DNA of 64,000 nucleotides. Source: Squalus acanthias. Taxonomy: Eukaryota. The stretch covers positions 2,854,001-2,918,000 of the forward strand of contig JASTWF010000033.1 in the NCBI GenBank assembly GCA_030390025.1, read 5' to 3'. Below are positions 50,901-64,000 of the stretch, one piece after another. The position numbers and the translations under genes were made by a program. The notes under the pieces were generated by a model that was not told where the DNA came from, ran no database searches, and saw nothing but the letters and a program-made list of their open reading frames with translations. Numbering within the stretch: the first letter of the stretch is position 1; the number at the start of each line of letters is the position of its first letter.

Positions 50901-53900
50901 TGCCATTCACAGACCCAGAAAGCTAATTTCACAGACCCAGACAGCTCTATACACAGACTCAGAAAGCTCCATTCTCAGAATCAGACAGCTCCATTCACAA
51001 ACTCAGACAGCACCATTTACAGATCCAGACAGCTCCATTCATAGGCTCAGACAGCACCATTTACAGATCCAGACAGCACCATTCACAGACCCCGACAGCT
51101 CCATACACAGACCCAGACAGCTCAATTCACAGACACAGACACTTCCATTCACAGACTCAGACAGTTCCATTCACAGACCCAGACAGCTCATTCACAGACA
51201 CAGATAGCTCCAGTCACAGACTCAGACAGCTCTATTCACAGACCCAGACAGATCCATTCACAGATCCAGACAACTCCAGACACAGACTGAGACAGCTCCA
51301 TTTACAGACTCTGGCAGCTCCATTCACAGACTCAGACAGCTCCATCACAGACTCAAACTGCTCCATTTACAGACCCAGACAGCTCCATTCACAGGCCCAG
51401 ACAGCTCCAGTCACAGACCCAGACAGTTCAATTCACAAACCCAAACATCTCCATTCACAGACTCAGACAGCTCCATTCACAGACCCAGACAGCTCCATTC
51501 ACAGACTCAGACAGCTCCATTCACAGACTCAGACAGCTCCATTCACAGACACAGACAGCTCCATTCACAGACCCAAACAGCACCAGTCACAGACACAGTC
51601 AGATCCATTCAGAGACTCAAACAGCTCCATTCACAGACCCAGACAGCTCATTCACAGACACAGATGGCTCCATTCACAAACCCAAACAGCTCCATTCACA
51701 GACTCAGACAGCTCCATTCACAGACCCAGAAAGCTCCATTCACAGACTCAGACAAATCCATTCACAGACCCAAACAGCTCAATTTACAGACCCTGTCAGC
51801 TCCATTTACAGACTCAGACTGCTCCATTCACATACTCAGACAGCTCCATTCACAGACCCAGACAACTCCATTTTCAGACCCAGACAGCACATTTCACAGA
51901 CCCAGACAGCTCATTCACAGACACAGACAGTTCCATTCACAGATCCGGACAGCTCCATTTACAGACTCAGACAGCTCCATTCACAGACCCAGACAGCTCC
52001 ATTCACAGACCCAGACAGCTCCATTCACAGACCCAGACAGCTCATTCACCGACACAGATAGCTCCATTCACAGACCCAAACAGCACCATTCTCAGACTCA
52101 GACATCACCATTCACAGACTCAGACAGCTCCATTCACAGACCCAGAAAGCTACATTCACAGACCCAGATAGCTCCATTCACAGAACCAGACAGCTCCATT
52201 CACAGACCCAGACAGCTCCATTCACAGACTCTAGCAGCTCCATTCACAGACCCAGACAGCTCGATTCACCGACCCAGACAACTCCATTCACAGACTCAGA
52301 CAGCACCATTCACAGAACCAGACAGCTCCATTCAGAGACCCAGACAACTCCATTTTCAGACACAGACAGCACATTTCACAGACCCAGACAGCTCATTCAC
52401 AGACACAGACAGTTCCATTCACAGACCCAAACAGCACCAGTCTCAGACTCAGACAGCTCCATTCACAGACTCAGACAGCTGATTCACAGACACAGATAGC
52501 TCCATTCACAGACCCAAACAGCACCATTCACAGACTCAGACAGCTCCATTCACAGACCCAGACAGCTCCATTTACAGACTCAGACAGTTCCATTCACAGA
52601 CTCAGACAGCTCTATTCACAGACCCAGACAACTCCATTCACAAACCCAGGCAGCTCCATGAAAAGATTCAGAAAGCTCATTTCACAGACCGAGACGGCTC
52701 CATTTAGAGACTCAGACAGCTCCATTCACAGACTCAGACAGCTTCATTTAGAGACTCAGACAGCTCCATTCACAGACCCAGACAGCTCCATTCACAGACC
52801 CAGACAGCTCCATTTACAGACCCAGACAGCTCCATTCACAGACACAGACATCTCCATTCACTGACCCAGACAGCTCCATTTACAGACCCAGACAGCTCCA
52901 TTCACAGACCCAGACAGCTCCACTCACAGACTCAGTCAGCTTCATTCACGGACCCAAACAGCTCCATTCACAGACCCAGTCAGCACGTTTCACAAATCCA
53001 GACTGCTCCATTCAAAGACACAGACAGCTCATTTCATCGACCAAGACAGCTCCATTTACAGACCCAGACAGCTCCATTGACGAGAGTTCTTCGACCTGAA
53101 ACGTTAACTCTGTTTCTCTCTCCACGGATTGTGCCTGGCCTGCAGAGTTTTCCAGCGTTTTCTGTTGTTAGATTCATTCACAGATTCAGACAGCTCCATT
53201 CACAGACTCAGAAAGTTCATTTCAGAGACCTAGATAGCACCATTCACAGACACAGACAGTTCCATTCACAGACCCAGACAGCTCCATTCACAGACTCCGA
53301 AAGTTCATTTCACAGACCCAGACAACTCCATTCACAAACACAGACAGCTCCATTTCCAGACCCAGACAGCTGCATTTACAGACTCAGACAGCTCAATTCA
53401 CAGACACAGACAGCTCCAATCACCGACCCAGATAGCTCCATTCACAGACTCAGACATTTCCATTCACAGACCCAGTCAGCTCATTCACAGACACAGATAG
53501 CTACATTCACAGACCCAGACAGCACCATGCAAAGACCCAGACAACTCCATACACAGACTGAGACAGCTCCATTTACAGACTCTGGCAGCTCCATTCATAG
53601 ACATAGACAGCTCCATTCACAGACCCAGACAGCTTCTTTCACAAACCCAGACAGCTCCATTCACAGACCGAGTCAGCTCCATTTACAGACTCTGGGTGCT
53701 CCATTCACAGACTCAGACAGTTCCTTTCACAGACCCAGTCAGCTCATTCACAGACACAGATAGCTACATTCACAGACTCAGACAGCTCTATTCACAGACC
53801 CAGAGAGGTCCATTCATAGACCCAGACAACTCCATACAAAGACTGAGACAGCTCCATTTACAGACTCTGGCAGCTCCATTCACAGACACAGACAGCTCCA

Positions 53901-54116
53901 TCACAGACTCAAACAGCTCCATTTACAGACCCTAACAGCTCCATTTACAGACCCAAATGGCTCCATTTACAGACTCTGACAGCTCAATTCACAGACCCAT
54001 GCAGCTCCATTCGCAGACACAGATAGCTCCATTCACAGACACAGACAACTCCATACACAGACCCAAACAGCTCCATTCACAGACCCAGACAGCTCCATTT
54101 ACAGACTCTGACAGCT
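41910..54116. repeat. 22-bp satellite (cagacagctccattcacagacy)n, >12 kb, with higher-order blocks
   Basis: Directly visible; block duplications with periods of 1044 bp (47434/48478) and 856 bp (49689/50545). Confidence 0.97.
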
Positions 54117-54616
54117 NNNNNNNNNNNNNNNNNNNNNNNNNNNNNNNNNNNNNNNNNNNNNNNNNNNNNNNNNNNNNNNNNNNNNNNNNNNNNNNNNNNN
54201 NNNNNNNNNNNNNNNNNNNNNNNNNNNNNNNNNNNNNNNNNNNNNNNNNNNNNNNNNNNNNNNNNNNNNNNNNNNNNNNNNNNNNNNNNNNNNNNNNNNN
54301 NNNNNNNNNNNNNNNNNNNNNNNNNNNNNNNNNNNNNNNNNNNNNNNNNNNNNNNNNNNNNNNNNNNNNNNNNNNNNNNNNNNNNNNNNNNNNNNNNNNN
54401 NNNNNNNNNNNNNNNNNNNNNNNNNNNNNNNNNNNNNNNNNNNNNNNNNNNNNNNNNNNNNNNNNNNNNNNNNNNNNNNNNNNNNNNNNNNNNNNNNNNN
54501 NNNNNNNNNNNNNNNNNNNNNNNNNNNNNNNNNNNNNNNNNNNNNNNNNNNNNNNNNNNNNNNNNNNNNNNNNNNNNNNNNNNNNNNNNNNNNNNNNNNN
54601 NNNNNNNNNNNNNNNN
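54117..54616. other. Assembly gap (500 N)
   Basis: Run of N between two different satellites. Confidence 1.
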
Positions 54617-57600
54617 TTTGAGGGCTGTATTAGTTTGAGGGGCTGTATTAGTTTGAGGGGCTGTATTAGTTTGATGGGCTGTATTGGTTTGAGGAGCTGT
54701 ATTAGTTTGAGGGTCTGTATTAGTTTGAGGCGCTGTATTAGTTTGAGGTACTGTATTAGCTTGAGGTAGTGTATTAGTTTGAGGGGCTGTATTAGTTTGA
54801 GGGGCTGTATTAGTTTGATGGGCTGTATTGGTTTGAGGAGCTGTATTAGTTTGAGGGTCTGTATTAGTTTGAGGTACTGTATTAGTTTGAGGTACTGTAT
54901 TAGCTTGAGGTAGTGTATTAGTTTGAGGGTCTGTATTTGTTTGAGGTGCTGTATTAGTTTGAGTAGATATAATAGTTTGAGGGTCTGTATTATATTTAGG
55001 TACTGTATTAGTTTGAGGGGCTGTATTAGTTTGAGGGGCTGTATTAGTTTGAGGGGCTGTATTAGTTTGAGGAATTGTATTAGTTTGAGGTTCTGTATTA
55101 TTTTGAGTTACTTTATTAGTTTGAGATACTGTATTAGATTGAGGGGCTGTATTAGATGGAGGGGCTGTATTAGATTGAGGGGCTGTGTTAGTTTCAGTGG
55201 CTGTATTAGTTTGAGGAGCTGTATTAGTTTGAGTGGCTGTATTAGTTTGAGGGGCTGTATTAGTTTGTGAGGCTGTATTAGTTTGAGGGGCTGTATTAGT
55301 TTCAGGTATTGTATTCGTTTGAGGAGCTGTATTAGTTTGAGGGTCTGTATTAGTTTGAGGGGCTGTGTTATTTTGAGAGCTGTATTAGTTTGAGGGGCTG
55401 TATTAGTTTGAGGTACTGTATTAGTTTGAGTAGTTATAATAGTTTGAGGGTCTGTATTATATTTAGGTACTGTATTAGTTTGAGGGGCTGTATTAGTTTG
55501 AGGGGCTGTATTAGATTGAGGGGCTGTATTAGATGGAGGGGCTGTATTAGATTGAGGGGCTGTGTTAGTTTCAGTGGCTGTATTAGTTTGAGGTGCTGTA
55601 TTAGTTTGAGGGGCTGTATTGGTTTTAGGTACTGTATTAGTTTGAGGAGCTGTATTAGTTTGAGGTGCTGTATTAGTTTGAGGGGCTGTATTGGTTTGAC
55701 GTACTGTATTCGTTTGAGGAGCTGTATTAGTTTGAGGGGCTGTATTAGTTTGAGGAGCTGTATTAGTTTGAGGTACTGTATTAGTTTGAGGAGCTGTATT
55801 AGTTTGAGGTACTGTATTAGTTTGAGGAGCTGTATTAGTTTTGGAGGCTTTATTATTTTGAGGGGCTTTATTAGTTTGAGGTACTGTATTAGTTTGAGGT
55901 ACTGTATTAGTTTGAGGTGCTGTATTATTTTGATTTGCTGTATTAGTTTGAGGTGCTGTATTAGTTTGAGGAGCTGTATTAGTTTGAGGGGCTGTAATAG
56001 TTTGAGGGGCTGTATTGGTTTGAGGAGCTGTATTAGTTTGAGGGTCTGTATTAGTTTGAGGGTCTGTATTAGTTTGAGGCGCTGTATTAGTTTGAGGTCC
56101 TGTATTAGTTTGAGGTGCTGTATTAGTTTGAGGTGCTCTATTATTTTGAGGTACTGTATTAGTTTGAGGTGCTGTATTAGTTTGAGGGGCTGTATTAGTT
56201 TGAGGTACTGTATTAGTTTGAGGTACTGTATTAGTTTGAGGTGCTGTATTAGTTAGTGGGTCTGTATTAGTTTGAGGGTCTGAATTAGTTTGAGGGACTG
56301 TATTAGTTTGAGGGTCTGTATTAGTTTGAGGGAGTGTATTAGTTTGAGGTACTGTATTAGTTTGAGGGTCTGTATTCGTTTCAAGTACTGTATTAGTTTG
56401 AGGGGCTGTATTATTTTGAGAGCTGTATTCGTTTGAGTGGCTGTATTACTTAGAGGTACTGTATTAGTTTGAGGTACTGTATTAGTTTGTGAGGCTGTAT
56501 TAGTTTGAGGGGCTGTATTAGTTTGAGGGGCTGTATTATTTTGTGGGGCTGTATTAGTTTGAGGGTCTCTATTAGTTTGAGGGTCTGTATTAGTTTGAGG
56601 AGCTGTATTAGTTTGAGGTACTGTATTAGTTTGAGGTGCTGTATTAGTTTTAGGAGCTGCATTAGTTTGAGGTACTGTTTTAGCTTGAGGTACTGTATTA
56701 GTTTGAGGGTCTGAATTTTTTTGAGGTGCAGTATTAATTTGAGGTACTGTATTAGCTTGAGGTGCTGTATTTGTTTGAGGGTCTGTATTAGTTTGAGGGG
56801 CTGTATTCGTATGAGGTACTGTATTAGTTTGAGGTACTGTATTAGTTTGAGGTGCTGTATTAGTTTGAGGTACTGTATTAGCTTGAGATACTGTATTAGC
56901 TTCAGGTAGTGTATTAGTTTGAGGGTCTGTATTTGTTTGAGGTGCTGTATTAGTTTGAGGGGCTGTATTAGTTTGAGGAGCTGTATTAGTTTGAGGAGCT
57001 GTATTTGTTTGAGCGGCTGTATTAGTTTGAGGGGCTGTATTAGTTTGAGGGGCTGTATTAGTTTGAGGGGCTGTATTAGTTTGAGGAATTGTATTAGTTT
57101 GAGGTTCTGTATTATTTTGAGTTACTTTATTAGTTTGAGATACTGTATTAGATTGAGGGGCTGTATTAGATGGAGGGGCTGTATTAGATTGAGGGGCTGT
57201 GTTAGTTTCAGTGGCTGTATTAGTTTGAGGGGCTGTATTAGTTTGTGAGGCTGTATTAGTTTGAGGGGCTGTATTAGTTTCAGGTATTGTATTAGTTTGA
57301 GGAGCTGTATTAGTTTGAGGGTCTGTATTAGTTTGAGGGGCTGTGTTATTTTGAGAGCTGTATTAGTTTGAGGGTCTGTATTAGTTTGAGGGTCTGTATT
57401 AGTTTGAGGGGCTGTATTAGTTTGAGGGTCTGTATTAGTTTGAGAGCTGTATTAGTTTGAGTGGCTGTATTAGTTTGAGGGGCTGTATTAGTTTGTGAGG
57501 CTGTATTAGTTTGAGGGGCTGTATTAGTTTCAGGTATTGTATTAGTTGGAGGAGCTGTATTAGTCTGAGGGGCTGTATTAGTTTGAGGGGCTGTATTAGT

Positions 57601-59712
57601 TTGAGGGGCTGTATTAGTTTGATGGGCTGCATTGGTTTGAGGAGCTGTATTAGTTTGAGGGTCTGTATTAGTTTGAGGCGCTGTATTAGTTTGAGGTCCT
57701 GTATTAGTTTGAGGTGCTGTATTAGTTTGAGGTGCTGTATTAGTTTGAGGTACTGTATTAGTTTGAGGTACTGTATTAGCTTGAGATACTGTATTAGCTT
57801 CAGGTAGTGTATTAGTTTGAGGGTCTGTATTTGTTTGAGGTGCTGTATTAGTTTGAGGGGCTGTATTAGTTTGAGGGGCTGTATTAGTTTGAGGTACTGT
57901 ATTAGTTTGAGTAGTTATAATAGTTTGAGGGTCTGTATTATATTTAGGTACTGTATTAGTTTGAGGGGCTGTATTAGTTTGAGGGGCTGTATTAGTTTGA
58001 GGGGCTGTATTAGTTTGAGGAATTGTATTAGTTTGAGGTTCTGTATTATTTTGAGGTACTTTATTAGTTTGATATACTGTATTAGATTGAGGGGCTGTAT
58101 TAGATGGAGGGGCTGTATTAGATTGAGGGGCTGTGTTAGTTTCAGTGGCTGTATTAGTTTGAGGTGCTGTATTAGTTTGAGGGGCTGTATTGGTTTTAGG
58201 TACTGTATTAGTTTGAGGAGCTGTATTAGTTTGAGTTGCTGTATTAGTTTGAGGGGCTGTATTGGTTTGACGTACTGTATTCGTTTGAGGAGCTGTATTA
58301 GTTTGAGGGGCTGTATTAGTTTGAGGAGCTGTATTAGTTTGAGGTACTGTATTAGTTTGAGGAGCTGTATTAGTTTGAGGTACTGTATTAGTTTGAGGAG
58401 CTGTATTAGTTTTGGAGGCTTTATTATTTTGAGGGGCTTTATTAGTTTGAGGTACTGTATTAGTTTTAGGCACTGTATTAGTCTGAGGTACTGTATTTGT
58501 TTGAGGGGCTGTATTAGTTTGAGAGGCTCTATTAGTTTGAGGTACTGTATTAGTTTGAGGTGCTTTATTAGTTTGAGGGGCTGTATTAGTTTGAGGTGCT
58601 GAATTATTTTGAGGTACTGTATTAGTTTGAGGTGCTGTATTAGTTTGAGGGGCTGTATTAGTTTGAGGTACTGTATTAGTTTGAGGTACTGTATTAGTTT
58701 GAGGTGCTGTATTAGTTAGTGGGTCTGTATTAGTTTGAGGGTCTGAATTAGTTTGAGGGACTGTATTAGTTTGAGGGTCTGTATTAGTTTGAGGGAGTGT
58801 ATTAGTTTGAGGTACTGTATTAGTTTGAGGGTCTGTATTAGTTTCAGGTACTGTATTAGTTTGAGGGGCTGTATTATTTTGAGAGCTGTATTAGTTTGAG
58901 TGGCTGTATTAGTTTGAGGTACTTTATTAGTTTGAGGTACTGTATTAGTTTGTGAGGCTGTATTAGTTTGAGGGGCTGTATTAGTTTGAGGGGCTGTATT
59001 ATTTTGTGGGGCTGTATTAGTTTGAGGGTCTGTATTAGTTTGAGGGTCTGTATTAGTTTGAGGAGCTGTATTAGTTTGAGGTACTGTATTAGTTTGAGGT
59101 GCTGTATTAGTTTTAGGAGCTGCATTAGTTTGAGGTACTGTATTAGCTTGAGGTACTGTATTAGTTTGAGGGTCTGAATTTTTTTGAGGTGCAGTATTAA
59201 TTTGAGGTACTGTATTAGCTTGAGGTGCTGTATTTGTTTGAGGGTCTGTATTAGTTTGAGGGGCTGTATTCGTATGAGGTACTGTATTAGTTTGAGGTAC
59301 TGTATTAGTTTGAGGTGCTGTATTAGTTTGTGGGTCTGTATTAGTTTGAGGGGCTGTATTAGTTTGAGGGACTGTATTAGTTTGAGGTACTGTATTAGTT
59401 TGAGCTTCTGTATTAGTTTGAGGGTCTGTATTAGTTTTATGTGTTATATTAGTTTGAGAGCCTGTATTAGTTTGAGGGGCTGTATTAGTTTGAGGGGCTG
59501 GATTAGTTTCAGGTACTGTATTAGTTTCAGTTACTGTATTAGTTTGATGTACTGTATTAGTTTCAGGTACTGTATTAGTATGATGTAATGTATTAGTTTG
59601 AGGGGCTGTATTAGTTTCAGGTACTGTATTAGTTTCAGGTACTGTATTAGTTTGATGTACTGTATTAGTTTCAGGTACTGTATTAGATGAGGGGCTGCAT
59701 TAGTTTGAGGAT
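54617..59712. repeat. 18-bp satellite (gnnctgtattagtttgag)n, ~280 units; reverse complement of the 40067-40810 family
   Basis: Directly visible. Confidence 0.97.
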
Positions 59713-60228
59713 CCATCGAGACAAATTCACCACTTTCATTGCTTAACTAAATGGCCTCAGTTAAGGCGGACAGCCCCATCCCAGAGTGGAGCAGAGCAGC
59801 CCTGAGAGGACACTCTAACTTTTGGAATTTAATTAATGAATGGCCACAGCAGAGCATAGGACTTCACCGAAACAATATGAGTTCTGCAGATGGGTCTGGT
59901 GGTGTTTGCAACAACAACCCCATTGCTGGGAGAATACAGCTGGCAATTGTCATTAGTTAATTCATGTGGCCAGAATTCTCCGGTCTTTGGGGTTTTCAAT
60001 TTCAATCTCAGCACGAAATATATTCCATCACAACAGGGAATTAACTCGCCTGTCGTCATCTGTTTGTTCAAATGTTTTTTTAAATAATATTTTCAGCGAT
60101 GTTGCAATTCAATCTCCCCGTGGATATCCCGCAGGGTATAAATGAAAGGCTCTGGGAATGTCCCGCCTCAGAGTATAATTCAGATTGATTGCCTGCAGCA
60201 CGAAGGGACTCATCGCTTCACACAGAAA

Positions 60229-60295
60229 ATGCATCAGCCAATTGAGGGTATCATGAAAATATGTTTTGTGATCATTGCCGTCATTGGTGTTCCTG
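60229..60295 (+). CDS. Exon 1 of a paralogous GPR139-like GPCR (MHQPIEGIMKICFVIIAVIGVP); exon 2 is not in the window
   Basis: ATG, 67 nt, CCTG|gtaagt donor; TATAAA at 60137-60142. Confidence 0.8.
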
Positions 60296-60834
60296 GTAAG
60301 TGATTATAACCATTGAAGTTGTGTAAATCTGTTTGTGAGCTGGTCTCTGGTTTTGCTCTGTGACTGATAATGTTGCATCCTGATCTATTGGTCACCGTTA
60401 TACAGACACCCGATCAGTGATAACATTTCGTTTAGACAAATGTCCTGAATTATTTCTGAGGTTTTATTCCATTGCCTCAACTGAAAGTAAAACTCTGTTT
60501 GTAACTCACGGGCTCGCTGTGTTATGTAGTTATTGACTTTCGTGTAATATTGTGTACTGTTGAATCAGACCTCAGTGTAAGGAACTCTCTGAGAGAAGGT
60601 ATTGGTGGAAGGGTCTCTCACTGCAGAACTACTGAGTGTGGGTCACTAACCAGAGTGGACAACAGCTGACCCCAGTGGCCATGTATTACTGGGAGTATCT
60701 GTCACTGTAGAATTACTGAGTGTGGGTCACTAACCGGAGTGGGACACCTGACCCCAGTGGCCATGTATTACTGGGAGCATCTGTCACTGTAGAATTGCAC
60801 TGAGTGTAGGTCACTAACTGGAGTGGAACACCTA

Positions 60835-62445
60835 TAGACTCTGGAACAGCTCCCATGGATTGGAGGCTAGCTGATGTAACCCCACTATTATAAAAAGTTG
60901 GTAGAGAGGAAATGGGGAATTAGAGACCGGTAAGCCTGACATCTGTAGTGGGGAAAATGCTAGAGTCCATTATAAAAGATGTAATAGCAGAGCACTTGGA
61001 AAACAGTGACAGGATCAGACAAAGTCAACATGGATTTACAAAAGTTAAATCATGCTTGACTGATCTACTGGAATTTTTTGAAGATGTAACTGGTAGAATA
61101 GATTAGGGAGAACCAGTGGGTGTAGTGTATTTGGAATTTCAGAAGGCTTTCGATAAGGTCCCGCATAAGAGATTAGCGTGCAAAGTTAAAGCACACGGGA
61201 TTGGGGGTAAGGTACTGTCTTGGCTAGAAAACTGATTGGCAGACAGGAAGCAGAGAGATGAAATAAACGGGACTTTTTCCGAGTGGCAGGCAGTGACTGG
61301 TGGGGTACCGCAGGGATCGGTGCTAGAACCCCAGTTATTCACAATATATTTTAATGATCTAGACGAGGGAACTAGATGTAATATCTCTAAGTTTGAAGAT
61401 GACACACAACTGGGTGGGCGTGTGTGCTGTGAGGAGGATGCAGATAAACTCCAGTATGATTTGGACAGGTTGGGTGATTGGACAGATGCACGGCAGATGC
61501 AGTATAATGTGGATAAATGCGAGGTTATCCACTTTGGTGGCAAAAACAGGAAGGCAGATTATTGACTGAATGGAAATAGATTGGGAAAAGGCGAGTGCAA
61601 CGAGACCTGGGTATCCTTGTGCACAAGTCGCTGAAGGTAAGCATGCAGGGGCAGCAGGCGGTTAAGAAGGGAAATGGTATGTTGGCCTTCATAGCGAGAG
61701 GATTCGAGTACAGGAGCAAGGATGTCTTGCTGCAGTTGTACAGGGCCTTGGTGAGACCACACATTGAATATTGTGTGCAGTTTTGGTCGCCTTATCAAAG
61801 GAAGGATGTTCTTGCCATGGAGAGAGTGCAGCGAAAATTCACCAGACTGATAACTGAGATGGCAGGAATGACGTATGAAGAGAGATTGGGTCGATTGAGC
61901 TTGTATTCGCTAGAATTTAGAAGCATGAGAGGGGATCTCATTGAAACTTATAACATTCTAACTGGACTAGACAGACTAGATGCAGGAAGGATGTTCCCGA
62001 TGGTGGGGGAGTCCAGAACCAGGGGTCACAATCTAAGGATAAGGGGTAAGCCATTTAGGTTTGAGATGAGGAGGAATTTCTTCACCCAGAGAGTGGTGAA
62101 CCTGTGGAATTCTCTACCACAGAAGACAGTTGATACCAATTCATTAAATATATTCAAGAAGGAGTTAGTTATATTTCTTAAGGCTAAGGTGATCAAGGGA
62201 TATGGGGAGAAAGCAGGGACAGGGTACTGAATTTGGATGATCAGCCATGATCGCATTGAATGGCGGAGCAGGCTCGAGGGGCCGAATGCCTACTCCTGCT
62301 CCTATTTTCTATGTTTCTATCCCAGTGGCAGGAAACGGCTATTGAGGTCGATGATCAGCCATGATTTTATTGAATGGCGGAGCTGGTTCGAGGGGCCGAA
62401 TGGGCTACTCCTGCTCCTATTTCTTATGTTCTTATGTTCATATAT
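60835..62445 (+). mobile_element. CR1 LINE (duplicate of 37335-38942)
   Basis: RT motifs and the same doubled 3' tail. Confidence 0.92.
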
Positions 62446-62694
62446 AAGTTGAAATGCATTGATAATGCTTTGTTTCCCACTGAACTGCAATAACAGAAAC
62501 AGATGTTAACTAATTACTGACAAGTAAACTGCAGGACAGCAGTGTTACAGTATTCAAATCCTCTCTATATTGACTTATTCTTACTCTAAGTAGAGTTATT
62601 GTAAATACTTTAATTGTTTTGGTGCTGATTAATCACCTTCCCCCAACACCGCACTTAGAATCTGTGGTTCATGAGCACTGAAATTCATTATGTT

Positions 62695-64000
62695 ACATAG
62701 AAGTATCGAAGATAGGAGCAGGAGTAGGCCAATCGGCCTCTCGAGCCTGCGCTGCCATTTAATGAGATCATGGCTGATCATCCAAATTTAGTACCCTGAC
62801 CCTGCTTTCTCCCCATATCCCTTGATCCCTTAGCCTTAAGAAATATATCTATCTCCTTCTTGAATATATTTGAAGAATTGGCCTCAATTGCCTTATGTGG
62901 TAGAGAATTCCATAGGTTCACCACTCTCTGGGTGAAGAAATTCCTCCTCATCTCAGTTCTAAATGGCTTACCCCTTATGCTTAGACGGTGACCCCTGGTT
63001 CTGGACTCCCCCGCCATCGGGAACATCCTTCCTGCATCTAGACAGTCTAGTCCTGTTAGAATTTTATAAGTTTCAATGAGATCCCCTCTCATTCTTCGAA
63101 ACTCTAGCGAATATAAGCCTAATCGACCCAATTTCTCTTCATACTTCATTCCTGCCATCCCAGGTATCAGTCTGGTAAATCTTCGCTGCACTCGCTCCAT
63201 GGCAAGAACATTCTTCCTCATATAAGGCGACCATAACTGCACACAACACTCAAGGTGTGACTCACCAACTTGTACAACTGCAGCAAGACATCCGTGCTCC
63301 TGTCCTCGAATGCTCTCGCTATGAAAGCCAACATACCATTTGCCTTCTTATCCGCCTGCTGCACCTGCATGCTTACCTTCAGCGACTGGTGCACAAGGAC
63401 TCCCAGATAACGTTGCACTTCCCCTTTTCCCAATCTATTGCCGTTCAGATAATAATCTGTCTTCCTGTTTTTGCAACCAAAGTGGATAACCTCGCATTTA
63501 TCCACGTTAAACAGCATTTGCCATGCATCTGCCTAATCACCCAAACTGTCCAAAACATACTGGAGTTTCTCTGCATCCTCCTCACAGCACACACGCCCTC
63601 CCAGCTTTGTGTCGTCTGCAAACTTAGAGATATTACATCTAGTTCCCTCGTCTAGATCATTAATATATACTGTGAATAGCTGGGGTCCTAGCACCGATCC
63701 CTGTGGTACTCCACTAGTCTCTGCCTGCCACTCGGCAAAAGACCTGTTTATTCCAACTCTTTGCTTCCTGTCTGTCAACCAGTTCTCTATCCAAATCAGT
63801 ACCTTACCCCCAATCGCATGTGCTTTAACTTTGCACGCTAATCTCTTATGCGGGACCTTATCGAAAGCCTTCTGAAAGTCCAAGTAAACCACATCCTGCA
63901 TTTCTCCATTATCTATTCTACCAGTTACATCCTCAAAAAATTCCAGTAGATTAGTCAGGCATGATTTTCCTTTTGTAAATCCATGTTGACTTTGTCCGAT
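62695..64000 (-). mobile_element. CR1 LINE (duplicate of 35774-37082)
   Basis: RT motifs; shares the LQLYKLVSHTL deletion signature. Confidence 0.92.

Larger units (their letters stand above)
59713..64000. repeat. Right arm of an inverted segmental duplication of ~35774-40066; continues past the window end
   Basis: Promoter, exon 1, 83-bp repeat, two CR1s and their unique spacer all recur in reverse-complement order. Confidence 0.93.

Noticed and set aside
43447..53174. CRISPR-like pattern of a constant repeat with spacers
   Set aside because: Eukaryotic context, the spacers are kilobases of satellite, and there are no cas genes
41824..59716. Many ORFs of type QTAPFTDPDSSIHR, CISLRG, PQTNTA and LKLIQ
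   Set aside because: Translations of 22-bp and 18-bp satellites; one even spans the N gap

Overview
Eukaryotic, repeat-dominated window; the CR1, L2, Penelope and Harbinger repertoire suggests a cartilaginous fish (inference). The only host genes are GPR139/GPR142-like class A GPCRs. One is an intact two-exon gene on the minus strand (exon 1 at 39480-39546, a ~20.2 kb TE-filled intron, exon 2 at 18259-19244, ~350 aa). The other is exon 1 of a paralog on the plus strand (60229-60295), inside a >4 kb inverted duplication. The two first exons differ far more (16/67 nt, 9/22 aa) than the adjacent intron (~5%). The left part holds two related tRNA-Ser-primed defective LTR retroviruses. The first has lost NC/PR/RT but keeps integrase, an intact small transmembrane ORF and a CWVC-type env. 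The second keeps only a Gag N-terminus and has a minisatellite in its LTR. Also present: tRNA-Glu relics, a decayed Harbinger, many nested CR1s (one near full-length), Penelope-type hammerhead ribozyme motifs (six copies sit inside a 22-bp satellite), three satellite families and a 500-N gap. Most long ORFs in the supplied track are satellite or antisense artefacts. Family assignments come from motif recognition only; no searches were run.
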